A stretch of DNA of 64,000 nt from Eledone cirrhosa. Lineage: Eukaryota. Made by a program: the position numbers and the translations under genes. The stretch covers positions 58,528,001-58,592,000 of the forward strand of contig OZ024741.1 in assembly GCA_964016885.1 (NCBI GenBank), given 5' to 3'. Below, piece by piece: positions 13,690-26,716 of the stretch (its first letter is position 1; each line of letters begins with the position of its first letter). The notes under the pieces were generated by a model. The model worked only from the letters and a program-made list of their open reading frames with translations. It was not told the DNA's origin and ran no database searches.

Positions 13690-15150
13690 AGTGACTTGGT
13701 GTGGTGTCAGGTGCCAGGAGGGCCCCTTGATTCAATCAAGAGGTCAAAGATACCATCTGAGGAAAGGAGGAGGCCTACAAAGCTTGGCTTGAAAATAAGT
13801 CCTCCTTTTTGAACGTGGTATAAAACACAGCAGAGACAGTAAAGGGATCGAAAGTTAAAACATGAGAGGACTTTGGGGTTAAGCTGGAATCAGCTGCTAT
13901 CAGAAACGCATTTGGGGTTCCCTTCAGAGAGGTGCATCATCGCAATGTAGAGAGAATGCTTTGCTGATCTCCTAAACACAGTCACAACAGCATCTTCTGG
14001 TGTACACAAGGTGCGTCTGAGAGCGCTGACTAATCTCTCAAAGGCTAAGGTCACAAGAGCAATTAAAGAACCAAATGTGGCAAAGCTGCTGGAGGAGATG
14101 AAATTCGGCTTAAGATGTTAAAAGCCTTAAATAAAGTATTCTCTGGTGGATTCATTTGGAAAGCACATAATCAATGGCAATCGGAAGTGATAATCACGAT
14201 TTTCAAAAAGGGCAACAAGAGAGATTACTCCAATTATAGAGGGAATCTCCTTGTTAAACCCCTCCGATAAAGTTTCTGGCAAAGAGATGTAGTGGAGATT
14301 GTTGAGTTCAAGCTAGCTAATGAACGGTGTGGTTTTCACTCCGGACACAATACATCTGACCAAGCATTCACACTGCACCAGGTCTTTGAGAAATCATGGG
14401 AGTATTGCGAAGAGATATGTTTGTTTCATAGACCTCAAAATGGTATTACTTAATTCGTCAGAAGATGATCTCTAACATGCACTTGATAAGTTTGATGTTG
14501 AGTGCTGCACAGCTGGAATGAAAATCAGTGCTGTGAAGACTGAGGCACTCAATGACACATTCACAGTGCACTCTACATGAGTGGAGTTCTACTGAAGTAG
14601 GTGGAAAAGTTCAAATATCTTGGGCTGTGTTCTTGAGTCATGGTAGGCAGGATGTTGAATTAAATGCAAGAATTGCAGGAGCTGGTGCAGCATTCGGTAA
14701 TCAAAAGAAAGGTTGATATAAAAGCCAAACTTGCTATCTTCAATTTGGTGTTTGTGCCAACCTTTGCTGATGGTCATGAATCTTAAGTAACTGAAAGTAT
14801 ACTAGTGGCTGAAATAGAGTTCCTTCGAAGGGTCTTTAGAGTAAAATTACTCGACAGTGTAACTCGGAGATCAGAGTTGTTCCAGGTAGCCAAATTGAGA
14901 GATCACAGCTCCAATATTATGGGCATGTGGTTATGTCTCAGGAAAATATCGCTGGACAGATTTTACGAGCAAAACCAACTGGCACCCAGGGGTAAACTCT
15001 GAGCAAAATAGATAATATCCATGAGCTTGGCTAGTCTTGCTTGGAGATCCAGCCTTATCAGTTGGAGATGGTTGTTTCTGACAGGATCTGCTGGAAGGAG
15101 TGTTTGAGGACTCTTCAAACATGATCCTCCCAGGAATAAGTGGGCAAAGA
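13690..15150 (+). mobile_element. Decayed RTE/RTE-X-like LINE fragment (RT)
   Basis: Broken frames give KAAGGDEIRLKMLKAL, IFKKGNKRDYSNYRG, CGFHSGHNTSDQAFTLHQVFEKSWEY, KFKYLG and AEIEFLRRV. Confidence 0.85.
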
Positions 15151-15517
15151 AGAACTAAAATAAAGACTAATTTCTAATGGGATGTAGTTATAGTACTGAT
15201 TTTGTACTTTTCAAAAATATCTTGCTCATGTGGTTTCATGTGGTACAGGACATTGCAAGTTTAAACACACAAGAAACCTCCTATGAGGTGCAAACTTATA
15301 GGTGGGTAGCTAAACCAATATAGATGTGAGCTGTAACAATACATTAAAAGCAATATTGTTGTTTCAGCCTAATTTGAGCCATTCATAGTCAAACATGAAA
15401 TAAATATCTTTACTGAACTAAACAATTTAGGTATTTCACCTTCCATTTAATATGTGTAATTTTTTCTATACTATAATGATAAGGTTAAAAGATTTGCTGA
15501 CATATCAGAGATATAAT

Positions 15518-15682
15518 TGTTTCTACTTTAGGCACAAGGCCAGCAATTACCCAGTGCATTACTGGTACTTTATTTTATCGACCTCGTAAGGATGAAAGGC
15601 AAAGTCAACCTCGGCGGGATTTGAACTCAGATCGTAAATGGACGTAACTATGCTGGATAGCATGGCGTCCAACCCTCTACCG
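15518..15682 (-). mobile_element. Same young SINE, slightly 5'-truncated
   Basis: Near-identical to 11681-11865. 16-bp TSD atatcag(a/g)gatataat at 15502-15517 and 15683-15698. Confidence 0.9.
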
Positions 15683-17004
15683 ATATCAGGGATATAATGT
15701 TTCCATATGAGATATTAAGAGCATCATACATTATCGAATAAAAGGTAGTCCGTTTGCTTAGAAAGATGAAATATGTTAAATGAGCAACATCATTTTAGTA
15801 ACATACTCTCTTTAGTTTTAAGTGGTTATGGTGTTGGATGAATGATCAGGAGGACTTGGGTTTGATTCCTGGACTGAGCAATGTATTGAGTTCTTGAGCA
15901 ATGTTTCTATTGATGTTTCCATTACTGATACTCTTTGCCAGTCAACTCCTGGCGAAATTAACAATGAGAAAAATTAAATATCTTGTTGAAGATCACAATG
16001 CAGTACCCAATTCAGGAATCAAACCCATGGCTGTACTCCAGGGTTGTATTATACCCAAGGATGTAATTTATTGGGGTTTTTTAAAGCTTTAGAAATGGGT
16101 TATTATCGCAAGATGTATTATACACAAATAAATGATACATTAGCTGTAACATTGTTTGTCTAAAAAAATTGGACTAAAGTTTGTACTTAAATTTATTGAT
16201 TGTCTTCTAAACATTATATGTGCCACCTCACCTATGTCCATGTTACATATTTTCTTTATAATAGAAACTACAAGGCTGTTGCCTCCTCCTCCTTATGATA
16301 ATTATATATTTTATCAAAACTGTTAAAAATTCCATTGAGTGCTAATTAGCAGTTGCTATTTTTGTATCTGTTTCTTCAGTGTCTGTGTTAGTTATTTAGT
16401 ACAGGAATATTGTTAGAAATGTCCATCATGTTACTATTGCTGCTGCTACCATTACTACTATTACAACTATGTTTCATACTTCTCACTTCCATTTAAATAT
16501 ATATCACTTTCAATTTGAGTTAATGATTCTTCTATTTTAGTCTTCACTGATAAATCATTTAGCAAAATATAATTTCAACATTACAAAAAAGGAAATTGAA
16601 AGAAAATGCAGAAACATTTCGTTCGATTATGGAATTACAAAAATAAATCAATTAAAGTTCTTAGCTAAACATTCTTACATCTATATTTAAAGTTAAGAGA
16701 AAGTTACTAGGAAAAGCCTATTATTAATGCTGTTACCACCATAGATATATAACTGTTTCTATATGTGTCCAGAAGTTATGTTCGTTTTTTTTCCATCTTT
16801 TTGCTAATTTATTTCAGCTAAAATATAGAGAAAAAAATTGTATTGCTAATACCAGCACTAAGTCTTATGATGGGTACACTGTCATTTTGTATTAGAATAG
16901 GAAGTAACTCACTAATGAGATGATGTGAGTTAATTTCTCGAGGTGATTAACACCATCCTCATGGAACCCTTTTGAGGACATAACTTTAAGAAGTGCCTTC
17001 ATGA

Positions 17005-17200
17005 AGCCATGTGACCTAGAGGTTAGGGTGCTGAACTCAAGATCATAAAGTTATGGGTTTGATTCTTGGACTGGCTGTTGCAGTGCGTGCTTGAGCAAGA
17101 TCCTTCATTTCACATTGCTTTTCATGATAGGACTGAGGCTCATCATTAAAATACCTAACAAACTTCCTATGAGATGAAACCTCCTGTGAATAGTGACCTC
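17005..17200 (+). mobile_element. tRNA-derived SINE of a third family
   Basis: tRNA-like head, cttgagcaag core and 3' end ttttcatgataggactgaggctc...attaaaa.acc. Also at 4520-4700, 55065-55270 and 12020-12310(-). Confidence 0.7.
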
Positions 17201-18559
17201 GTAGATTACCAGCATAAACATTTGGAATGAAACTATTGCTTATTCTAACAGCCTGTGCTGTCAGGTATGATGTAAACTGAATAATGTTTGGCAGTGTTAA
17301 TAATAAGTGGAAAAGTGAAAAGAAGAATTACATAAATCTCTTGATATTGGATGAAGTTGTCATTAAGAAAATAGGTAAGCAGAACATAGTTGAGGTGGTG
17401 CAATATAGTGCTGAGAAGATAATCAATATATTGAAGTTGAATCTGTAATCCAATAGGGCCATCTTTACTGACATGACAGCTAATAACCTTGGAATTAACT
17501 ATCATATCTCTACCATATGGAACCATTTCATATTGCAGTGGCTCACAAATTTATTTCCTTGTGTAATCCTAGTGTGATTTTCCAAACATTGTGGGTCTTA
17601 TACCTATATTTTACAAACAATCCCCACCTCCATAATTTTAAAATGTCATTAAAATAAAACAATTATTTTTGAGAAAAAGATTTATTCATGTAAAGCACAC
17701 ATACAACATAATTTCAAAAGTTTTATCATCAATATTCATATTTTTATGTTGTAAGTTGAAATCTTAAACCATTTCTTTTGTTGAAATTTGAAAATCTTAC
17801 TTTAGACCATTGTTAAATTTCATTAAAGTTATTTGTTTATTTTTATTTTTATTATCCTTATTGCTAGAAGATTTTGTTTAAGAAGTTGTATGGTGTATTA
17901 TCTTGTATTAGTTATTTGTTAATTAATTTACATTGTTAAATTGTCCCACATTATTTATGCTAACTGTGCTTCCACTAATTACTAATAATTAGTTTACTAT
18001 TTATTAACTATTGAGTTGCAGCCAGTTACATTTAATTGATCTAAAACTCAAACACACAAGAATCATTATTTAATTTCTGTCTATTCACTAAAAATTTAAT
18101 GCCCATTCATAAATTATTGACTTGCTTGCAGTTGCTCAGAATACTATTCAATAGAACAACTTCTTGTCTTTTTAGCTGTAAATAAAAGTAAAATCAGATT
18201 CAAACAATATATTTTCTGAAATTTTATATAAAAGATATTATAATTTCTTAATTGTTTACTTCCTTATCGAGTTTCACGTGTTTGAGAAGTTTTGGCATGG
18301 AAAACAATATTTTATAGTCTTCTATTAAAGAAAGAATTTATTATATTAAAGCTGTTGTATATTTTGTGTAAAATATCAATCACACTGGAATAGAGATAGT
18401 AAGAGTGTGTGAGAGAGACAGAGAAAGGGAGAGGAGGTGGTGGTCATTGTCATATTGGCAATGCTGAAAAAATTATTTTTAAATCTGGACTATTATAATT
18501 TGTGTATATATATATATATATACACACACACATTATATATGTATATCATGATCACCACC

Positions 18560-19275
18560 TTTTAACATCTATTTTCCATGCTTGAATAGGTTAGACAGTT
18601 ATCATATGCTAAGGCCTGACCAGTCAGGTGACTGTTCTGCTGAATTGTTGTGGGTGCAGGGGTTCAGCAGGAGTAGTGAATCAGTCAAGGCTCATTCTAG
18701 CTTTCCATGTCAGCATAGGTTGGAGGAAGAAGTCAGGAGTATACTAGCAGGCTAGGATCTGAAAGTTGTTCCATCTCTGCTGCTTTAGATTTAGAGTGGA
18801 GAAGCGGATTAAGTGGCAAACTAACAGGGAGTTTAGGAGTATACTAGTAGGTTGGGGGTGGGACCTGAGAGTTGTATTACTTCTCTGCCTCTTTGAGTTT
18901 AGATTGGAGGGAGGTGTGAGGTCTGCCATCCTCTTTGTGCTGCTTCATTCCACTTGTATGGAAGGTGAGTTCTCTGTATTACAGAATATTGCTAATTCTT
19001 CTCGATCCTTGGTCATCTCCTTTGTGAGATTCAACTACAAGAGATCAGCTTTCACCACACAACCAATGTTTTCTGAGGTCTTCCCCTTCCAAAGTTTCCT
19101 TTGACTTCAAGCGCTCCTGTTGTGTCTGCATTCTCCTAATTTAACAGTCTCATATAATAGCACTTCCATGCTTCTTCTCAGTGTCAGTGAAGGCAAGAGT
19201 GCCACTGTCAATTCGAACACATTTCTCCCCAACAGCATCTTGATTTCTAATAAAGATACAAAACTAATAATTTGT
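18560..19275 (-). mobile_element. Internally deleted RTE LINE (pre-RT linker joined to C-terminus and 3' UTR)
   Basis: RNQDAVGEKCVRIDSGTLAFTDTEKK at about 19170-19250 is joined to LEVKGNFGRGRPQKT and LNLTKEMTKDRE. The family 3' tail lies at about 18560-18600. Confidence 0.75.
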
Positions 19276-21989
19276 AGGCAAGGAGTATAATTCACTGAGA
19301 TAGTAAGTACATGCTTTGAAATATTGCCTTGTTCATCAGATTGTTGCCACTCAGTAGCTTTAAAATGTTGCTGTTGTTATCAAAATGTTGTCACCTTTAA
19401 ATATTGCGATGCAGTAGCTTTTAATTTAAAATATTTTTGCTTAAAACATCAAATTCTTGGCTCAGTGATTGGGAATTATTAGCAGGAATGTTATTCATAC
19501 CTATTGACTCAGGAGGAACAATTCTACTTATTGTAATAGGTAGAATTGACTTCAGAAACATATGAACATAGAAGCTAGTAGGATATAAGGATGACCAAAA
19601 GATGGCTGATCATACATTAGTTTTGACGAGGAGCATTCAACGGAATGTCCAACACATGAAATAACATGTTAGTGGTTGAGTATTCCACAGCTACATAGCC
19701 CTTTGATGTAATTTCAAAGAAAAACCAGTGTGTCACACTATGTGACAATGCTGAACCTTTAAATCACAGGTGAAGTATCCAATGGGCTTCTATGCAGTTT
19801 CTGCCTACTCAATATTACTCTGAAGTCTTGTGTCTATCCAAGACTGATAAAAACTCTGTCCATGATGCCAAGCAATATGATCAAATCTGGCATCTTTTGT
19901 TTGGGAATCAAATTTCTTAACCACTCAGCCACTAGATGAAGCGTAACTTAATAGTCAAGAAATGTGCTTCACAATGATAAAGTTCTTGGTTCAGTCCCAC
20001 TGTTTGACTTCTTGGGCAAGTATTATTTTTTTACATAGTCTCAGGGCAAACTGAGTTTTGTGAATGACATTGGGTAAACAGAAATTGTTTGGACGCATGT
20101 CAATCTTCTAAACACTTTGCTCAATCAATCCTTCTTGCAACGCTATAATCCCTCTGGAATAATCTCCCTACCAAGGATTCAACCTTCTAGAAATGTGTCT
20201 AAACATCAACATTGCTCTCACCCTGTTGCATGGGGTGCTGTTAGCCTAATAAAAACTGCCAATTCACTGCCCCCAAAAAGACAAGATTATATCAGAGTTG
20301 AAGGGGTAGAGTTGTTAAAGCATTGAGTATTTATTCCACATCACTGTATATTGAGTTCAAATCCAGCTGAAGTTAACATTGCTTTTCCTCCTTTCGGGGT
20401 CTATAAATAAAGTACCTGTCTAGGGGTGATAGATTAGTGAATTTATTACAACTCAGACAAGATGCTTTGCAGTATCTGATTTGGCTCTATACATTCTCAG
20501 TTCATATATATCCCACCTCTTTCTGCCAGGAGTTATGACAAGCAGACAGTATTAACTTGTCTGACCGGACAATTTTCTTCTTTCCATTCATTTCTGATGC
20601 ATGTGTGCATGTGTGTTGAGGTTCAAATATGGAAATACCATATTTCGTGGCTCATTAGATGCATTTCTTCCTCTTTACACCACTTAAACACCACTCTGAA
20701 AAAGTTAGATTTCAGTAGAGTAAATCTTATTTGTTCTTAGGCATTTATAATTTTTTTTTTATTATTACCTTCTAAATTGGGATTCATCTTTATAAACCAC
20801 AAAATATACTAGTTACTATTGTGTGCTGCTCTGCAATCATTCATAGATTCAAACATTAGCAGAAGATTTAACTTCTGCCCCTTTGGCAAAGAAAATTCAT
20901 CTACTTGCCAAACTTAATGAATAATTAAAGTCAGTTTTATTCAATTAACTCTAAATCTAAACTATTATCTTTGCATGATCTCATGCATGAGTAATGATAC
21001 TTCTAGAGACAAAAGAAACTTATTTCATTTCAATTTTGATGTTCTAAGTTTGTAGCTTATACTTAATAGATTTTTTTTTTTATTCTTGACCTTAACCCTT
21101 TTGAAGCAAAACCACTTAAAACTGCCCTGGTTCTTTACTACAAAATTATTTGTTGTAAAGTGCTTATATATGTTTGTAATTTCATATAAAAATCTTTAAG
21201 TTTCAAGCACCATCTTAATGAGAAAGCTAGTTATATTACTAAATCCTTTCAGATTCTTAATTATTTGAAAACCATAGACTGCTTTTCATTAGAAATATGG
21301 TAATGAAATGGTTAAAAAGAACATTACACCATATTTTAGGTTTTTAGCTATTTTTTTTCTAAAACCAACTCTAGTTCTATGAAAAACTGTTCAAACTTAT
21401 ATTACAACCTTCCACCATAATTTTGTTTTAAAATCTTGTTTAATAGCAGCTTACTAATGAAAAAGCTAATTATTTCACTAAACTTAACAAAATTTTTTAT
21501 TTTTAAAATTAATTGAAACACATTGGCGGTGTATTTCAATAAAAATATGGCAATAAAAGGGTTAATATACACTTGGTATCTTCTTTTGAAATATGAATAG
21601 TCCTAACTAAAACTTTGAAATAACAAATTAAAGTTAAAATATATGAACTTTCTAAATTTGCTTCCAAATTAATTTTCTTTGAAGCAGAGTTGTGCATATG
21701 ATTTCATCCATTAATTGGTGTTACTAACCAGTTGTTATGGAATCAAGTTTCTGGAGACATTTCTGTTCATCCTTCCTAGTTTTCAATAAGTAAATATACA
21801 CACACACACAAGACTTTTTACTGATATAAAAGTGTACATGTTTGTGTACCTGTACACACACAATATAAAAGACTCTCAGACACATACTTGTATGCGTATA
21901 GACACAGACAGAAACAGTAATGCACACACATGACACATCTTCGCTTTCCACCTCAGCCCCCAATACCTACCACCCACAAGCTTCTTAAA

Positions 21990-22253
21990 ACCTTTTTTCC
22001 AAACTGTGATGTTCCAATCTGTTCTCTCTCTGTCTGTCTCTCTCTGAACTTTCCATTTCCTGAAGAAGGACTTATATCCGAAGTTCCAAATCCTCCTCTA
22101 TTTCCTCTTAAGTGTGATATTAATAAGACCTTGTGTTTTTGCATAGGTAGGACAGGCCGTCCTTTTGTGAGAGATCAGATCGGAGGACCGTGTTTCACTC
22201 AGACTGATTTTGACTTTGTTGAATAAACATATATTGATACTTCATTCTTGCTC
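21990..22253 (+). mobile_element. Possible Penelope-like pseudo-LTR remnant with a decayed hammerhead core
   Basis: CT-rich lead-in, then CTGAAGA-aGGActtataTCC-GAAgtt at 22060-22085 and aataaa near the end. Confidence 0.4.
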
Positions 22254-22274
22254 AGACTGATTTTGACTTTGTTT

Positions 22275-22860
22275 CTATGCCCTTCCTAATGCCCACATTT
22301 ATTGTGTATGCTGGGTGCTTATTTCCTTGACACCTAAGTGACTACTTTACAGTGTGGGCTAGGCGTTATTTGTCGTGATTCCTTCACGACCACTTTATAG
22401 TGAGGACGAGGCACTTTTGTTTTAGCTCCAGGGGGACCACTTTATTGGTGTGGGTTGGGGACTTGGGTGGGGAAGATGCCTGGGAAATTGGGGATGTAGG
22501 TATAGGGGTAGGATGATTACAGCAAGGGAGGTGTATGGAGAGGGTGATAGTAGGGATAGTGTTACATATTAGATATATGTCTTAGTTCAAGCATATGAGA
22601 GGGTAGGTCTTCTGTAATACTGCATAGTGCCAGAGATCACGGACCTGTGTCATTGCCTTAGCAAGGTTTAATTGTACTAAGTCAGCTTTTATTACTTTAT
22701 TCTAAGTCTTCCTAGGCCTGCCCACTCCATGGCTACCATCAACTTTGAGCTCTCTGCACCTTTTTATACAGCTGTTGTCCTTCATATGCACCACATATCC
22801 ATACCAACGCAATATCCTCTCCTGCACACAGCATCTGATCCCTCTTATGCCTAATTTATC
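22275..22860 (-). mobile_element. RTE LINE 3' end with 3' UTR (tandem units and a tract that is G-rich on +)
   Basis: LRWYGYVVHMKDNSCIKRCRELKVDGSHGVGRPRKT. Same layout as the 34.0-34.5 kb end. Confidence 0.85.
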
Positions 22861-22959
22861 TGGCAGTTTGTTACATAGCCCACCCTCCATACCATTTTAG
22901 TATATATATCCCACATTCTGTACCATTCTTGTACAGACTTCACACGTGATGGAAGGCAG

Positions 22960-23395
22960 GAGGCTGAGTTGAGTGCAAGAATTGGTGGTGCAGTAATGCG
23001 CTAGCTTTAGTAATCAGAATGGAGGTAGGTGTAAAAGCCAAAGCAAATACAAGCGGCCAAAATAAGATTCCTCCAAAGGATCTTTGAAGTAACATTACTC
23101 GATAGAATGCATAACTTGAAGATCAGGGAGTCACTCCAGGCAGAGCCACTTCTCTGAATTGAAAGATCATAGCTCCAATACTATGGATAAAGAATCACTG
23201 GACTGATTTTATGGGTAAAACCAACCAGCAAGAGACCCAGGAGCAAGATGGTTGGATAACACCCATGAGCTTGGCTGGTCATGCTTGGGGATCCAACCAG
23301 ATCGGTTGGAGACTGTTGCTTCTGACAGTACCTGCTGGAAGGAGTGTTTGAGGACTCAGCCACCCAAGACCCTTTCAGGAATAAGTAGGCGAAGA
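22960..23395 (+). mobile_element. 3' fragment of the same RTE-X-like family as 13690-15150
   Basis: Clear nucleotide similarity to 14660-15150, e.g. ccatgagcttggct..tc.tgcttgg and ctgctggaaggagtgtttgaggactc. Confidence 0.85.
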
Positions 23396-23727
23396 AAAAG
23401 ACTTCAATTTTTAATTTGATCTAGTCATAGTGTTGTATATTTTACAAGAATATCTTGCTAATGATTTCATGTGGTATCAGATGTTACGAGTTAATCATGC
23501 TTTTGTGTATGTGTATGTATGTATATGTGTATGCAAGGGATTCATTAATTAACAACTGCCTCATTTTTATCATTACCAAATGTTTTCTCATTTTCAAACA
23601 AAGTCCCTCTGGATTTCCTGTCACTATAATTAATGCTATTTAAATCAAAACAGACACCCATAATAGTTCATTAAAAAAAAAGCTTTCATCTTAACTTCTA
23701 TTCATTATTCTTAATTTACATCGTTTC

Positions 23728-23961
23728 TTAACCCTTTTGAAACCAAACTGCCTAAAACCATCTCTGGTTTTATATTGAACTGTTTATTCTAAAGTATTTA
23801 TATTCTCTAAATACTCTCTATCATAATTTTATTTCAAACACCAATTTAATAATGAATAAGTTTGTATTACTAAATCCTTTAAAATTCTTGATTATTTTTG
23901 AAAATATTTTGAAAATTATAGGCAGTATCATTCAATAGAGATTTGATATCAAAAGGGTTAA
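23728..23961 (+). mobile_element. piggyBac-like MITE family A (about 230-260 bp), representative copy
   Basis: TTAA|CCCTTTTGA...TCAAAAGGG|TTAA. About 25-30 full or partial copies by eye, e.g. 701-945, 2480-2670, 8145-8356, 12570-12971, 21092-21315, 24012-24250, 36650-36810, 38806-39040, 40963-41215, 41626-41794, 47440-47677, 53882-54074, 58543-58755, 60168-60420 and 63455-63691. Confidence 0.8.
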
Positions 23962-26409
23962 ATTGTATTTCAAAAACTATTTTATGGCAAAGTGCTTTCT
24001 TTTTTATTCTTTTAATCCTTTCATTAACATATTTCTAATGAAAGTTGTTGTCCATAATTTTCAAATCATTTTGAAAATAATCAAGAACTTGGAGAGATTT
24101 AGTAATATAACTAATGCATTATTAAATCAATGTTTGGAACATAACAAGGGTCTTAGATGAAATTATGTTAGAAGGCTTTTAAATAAATATATGCAGTTTA
24201 GTATTGTAGAACCTGTGGTGTTTTCAAGTGGTTTGGTAAAAAAACGTTAAACATTTATATTTTGATGTATTACTAGTAACCTTACTCTTTTAAACTAAAG
24301 TACATACCCAAAGGATATAACCATGTAGTTGAGGTGTTTTTCTTTACAACCAAATGGTTTCAAGTTTGAAACTTCTGCATAGCACCTTAACAAGTGTCTT
24401 CTATCAAAGCTATGTAAATAAAATCTGACTGACAGAAACTGTGGAAGCCCATCTGTAGATATGTTCATGTTTCTGGGTGGTAGACATGAAATGGCATCAT
24501 GTTTATACCACCACTAATCATGGTCACACAGTTATAATAGTTATTCCACACTTGCACAGTTTGGACAAAGCCAGATCTTAACCTGGTTTTATTGGCATTA
24601 AGTAAGTGAGGGTTCCAGACCATCTCCTGGATATGATACCAGTGCATTGCAGCTCTAATCCTTGCTGCTGCTTGTTCTTGTATTCTGCTGAGTGAACTGG
24701 AGCAAATGTGTCACCTAGTCTGTGAATCAAACCCATGACCTTTAGATTGTGAGCCCAACACCAGGTTCACTAATCCATGTGCTTACCCACTGCTTTGGGG
24801 AAGAAGAGGATTTATTTTGAATGCAGCCAGTGGAGGCAGGTTATAGTGGGAAGAACACATAAAAACTTGTATAAGCTTGGAAAAGCAAAAATAAAATGAT
24901 GATATCAAATTTGTTCTAAGTTAACAACCTATCTATATTTAATGCCTGTTTTGATTTTAATAAAGAAGATTGTGGCAGCTAAATGATAAACCTTTCGTGG
25001 GGTGGGGGTATATTTCAATATAATTAAAATTATCATTTTCTGATGCAATGATTCAAGGAATGTGTTTGAATTTTTTAAGATGCTATGTACACTTTTCAAT
25101 TTCAATTTGAATTAAAAGCCTTAATTGGTGGCTTAAAGAGCAGCAACTGTTTTCAATTTTGATTGTACTTGCCTGCTATTTTAGAGATAAGCTGCAATAA
25201 TCAAATAAATTAAACGACTTTCATTTATTGAAAATAAAAACAAACAAAAAATAACAGACTCTAAAACATTTAAGATCTGTTAATGTGATTTGAATGTGGA
25301 TTATGTGTTTGTAGCATTTCTGTTTCAGAAGCTTAAAAACAAAGAAAGAAGAAATTACATCCTTATGACCTAGGAGCTATGTCTATGTAATTTTGTTTAT
25401 GTAAAATTATATCATTGTTATCTATCAAAATCTTGATCTTATATAGATTTCACTACAATATTCAATCTCACATTCAAGTGGGAGGGGGAATATATGTTTT
25501 AACAATAATTTGGCCTTAGTTGTAACCATGTTATCAAAATATGACAGCTCTTATATGATCCCTTTATTAATTAATTTCATCAATTTATTGTATTTGAGAC
25601 AAATGACATTTAATTACACTGAATCCTAAATAGCAAATATTACCAACATATTGAATACCGTTTTCAAACATATCTGCTACCTTGCATTTGAAATGAGTAT
25701 TTTTAAGCTCAGTAAAAAAACTATGTGAAACCCATTCTTTTTTTTTTTTCCCTGAATTCTAGTTCAAAATATTCTTGTATTATACATGAGAAAACAGTAT
25801 TCCTTATAGTCAATCGGTATTCAATCTTACTCAACTGTAATGCAGATGTTATAACATTAATCCTAATGTTTCTCTCTCTCTCTATCTATCTATCTATCTC
25901 TCTATATCTCTCTCTCTCTGTTTCAGTAAATTGTTAAATCAGAGATTTCACTTATTCTTAAATGCTATTATGCAGCATATCAGATTTATTTATGATAGAC
26001 TAATGTTTGTATCATAGTTGACAGGATTAGTTTCAGTTAGCAATTGACTTTCTCGTTGGACTGTATAAAGCCACTTAAATATGCATTAGATTCTGCAGCT
26101 ATATATAGAAATCTCTTTTAACAGACATTCTCATTCTCATTTCCAATTTCAATATTCATTCATAGAAGAATATCAAAATAAGCTCCTTTGATTAAATATT
26201 CTCTCATTTTGTTTTTGTTTTTTGCTGAACTGTTTTGGTATAAATTTAGTTTTGCATATCATTAGTTTGAGATTTTGATCTTTGGTTGGTTGTTTTTTTT
26301 TTTGGTTTTTTTTTTGGTTTTCTGCAAAAATACATCATAATTGAAATATATTAAAATTAAAACCTTTTGATTTTGTATGCATGATCTGTAAATTATAATA
26401 AATATTGGA

Positions 26410-26716
26410 TTATCATCATCGCCATCATGTCCCTTATTCCATGCTTGAATGGGTTAAATAGGTCCTCTTCTGTACAGCATACCACATCACTCCCTTTGTC
26501 TCTTTCCTTTGTCACGTTCTCTGTGGGTTTCAGCAATTTGAGATCAGCTCACACAAAATAAGCCCAGTTTTTCCTTAGTCTTCCTCTTCTTTCCACAGGG
26601 ATCACTTGGCACTTTTTCATTCAGTGATCATCATTCATTTGTGGTAGATGTCTGAATCAGCACATTCTTCTGTCATGCATGCAACATCCAAATCCTCGTA
26701 TGCATAGTTTTTTCAC
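26410..26716 (-). mobile_element. RTE 3' fragment flanked by a roughly 75-bp direct repeat
   Basis: (ATC)n tail at 26411 and decayed C-terminal coding sequence similar to 27700-27960. Flanks 26335-26409 and 26717-26789 are homologous. Confidence 0.75.

Noticed and set aside
17284-17374. ATG-initiated 30-codon frame ending at a strong phase-1 donor (ATAG|gtaagc), frame-compatible with the RXYLT1 exon
   Set aside because: MFGSVNNKWKSEKKNYINLLILDEVVIKKI lacks the type II transmembrane anchor expected in RXYLT1 exon 1, and there is no promoter-like context.
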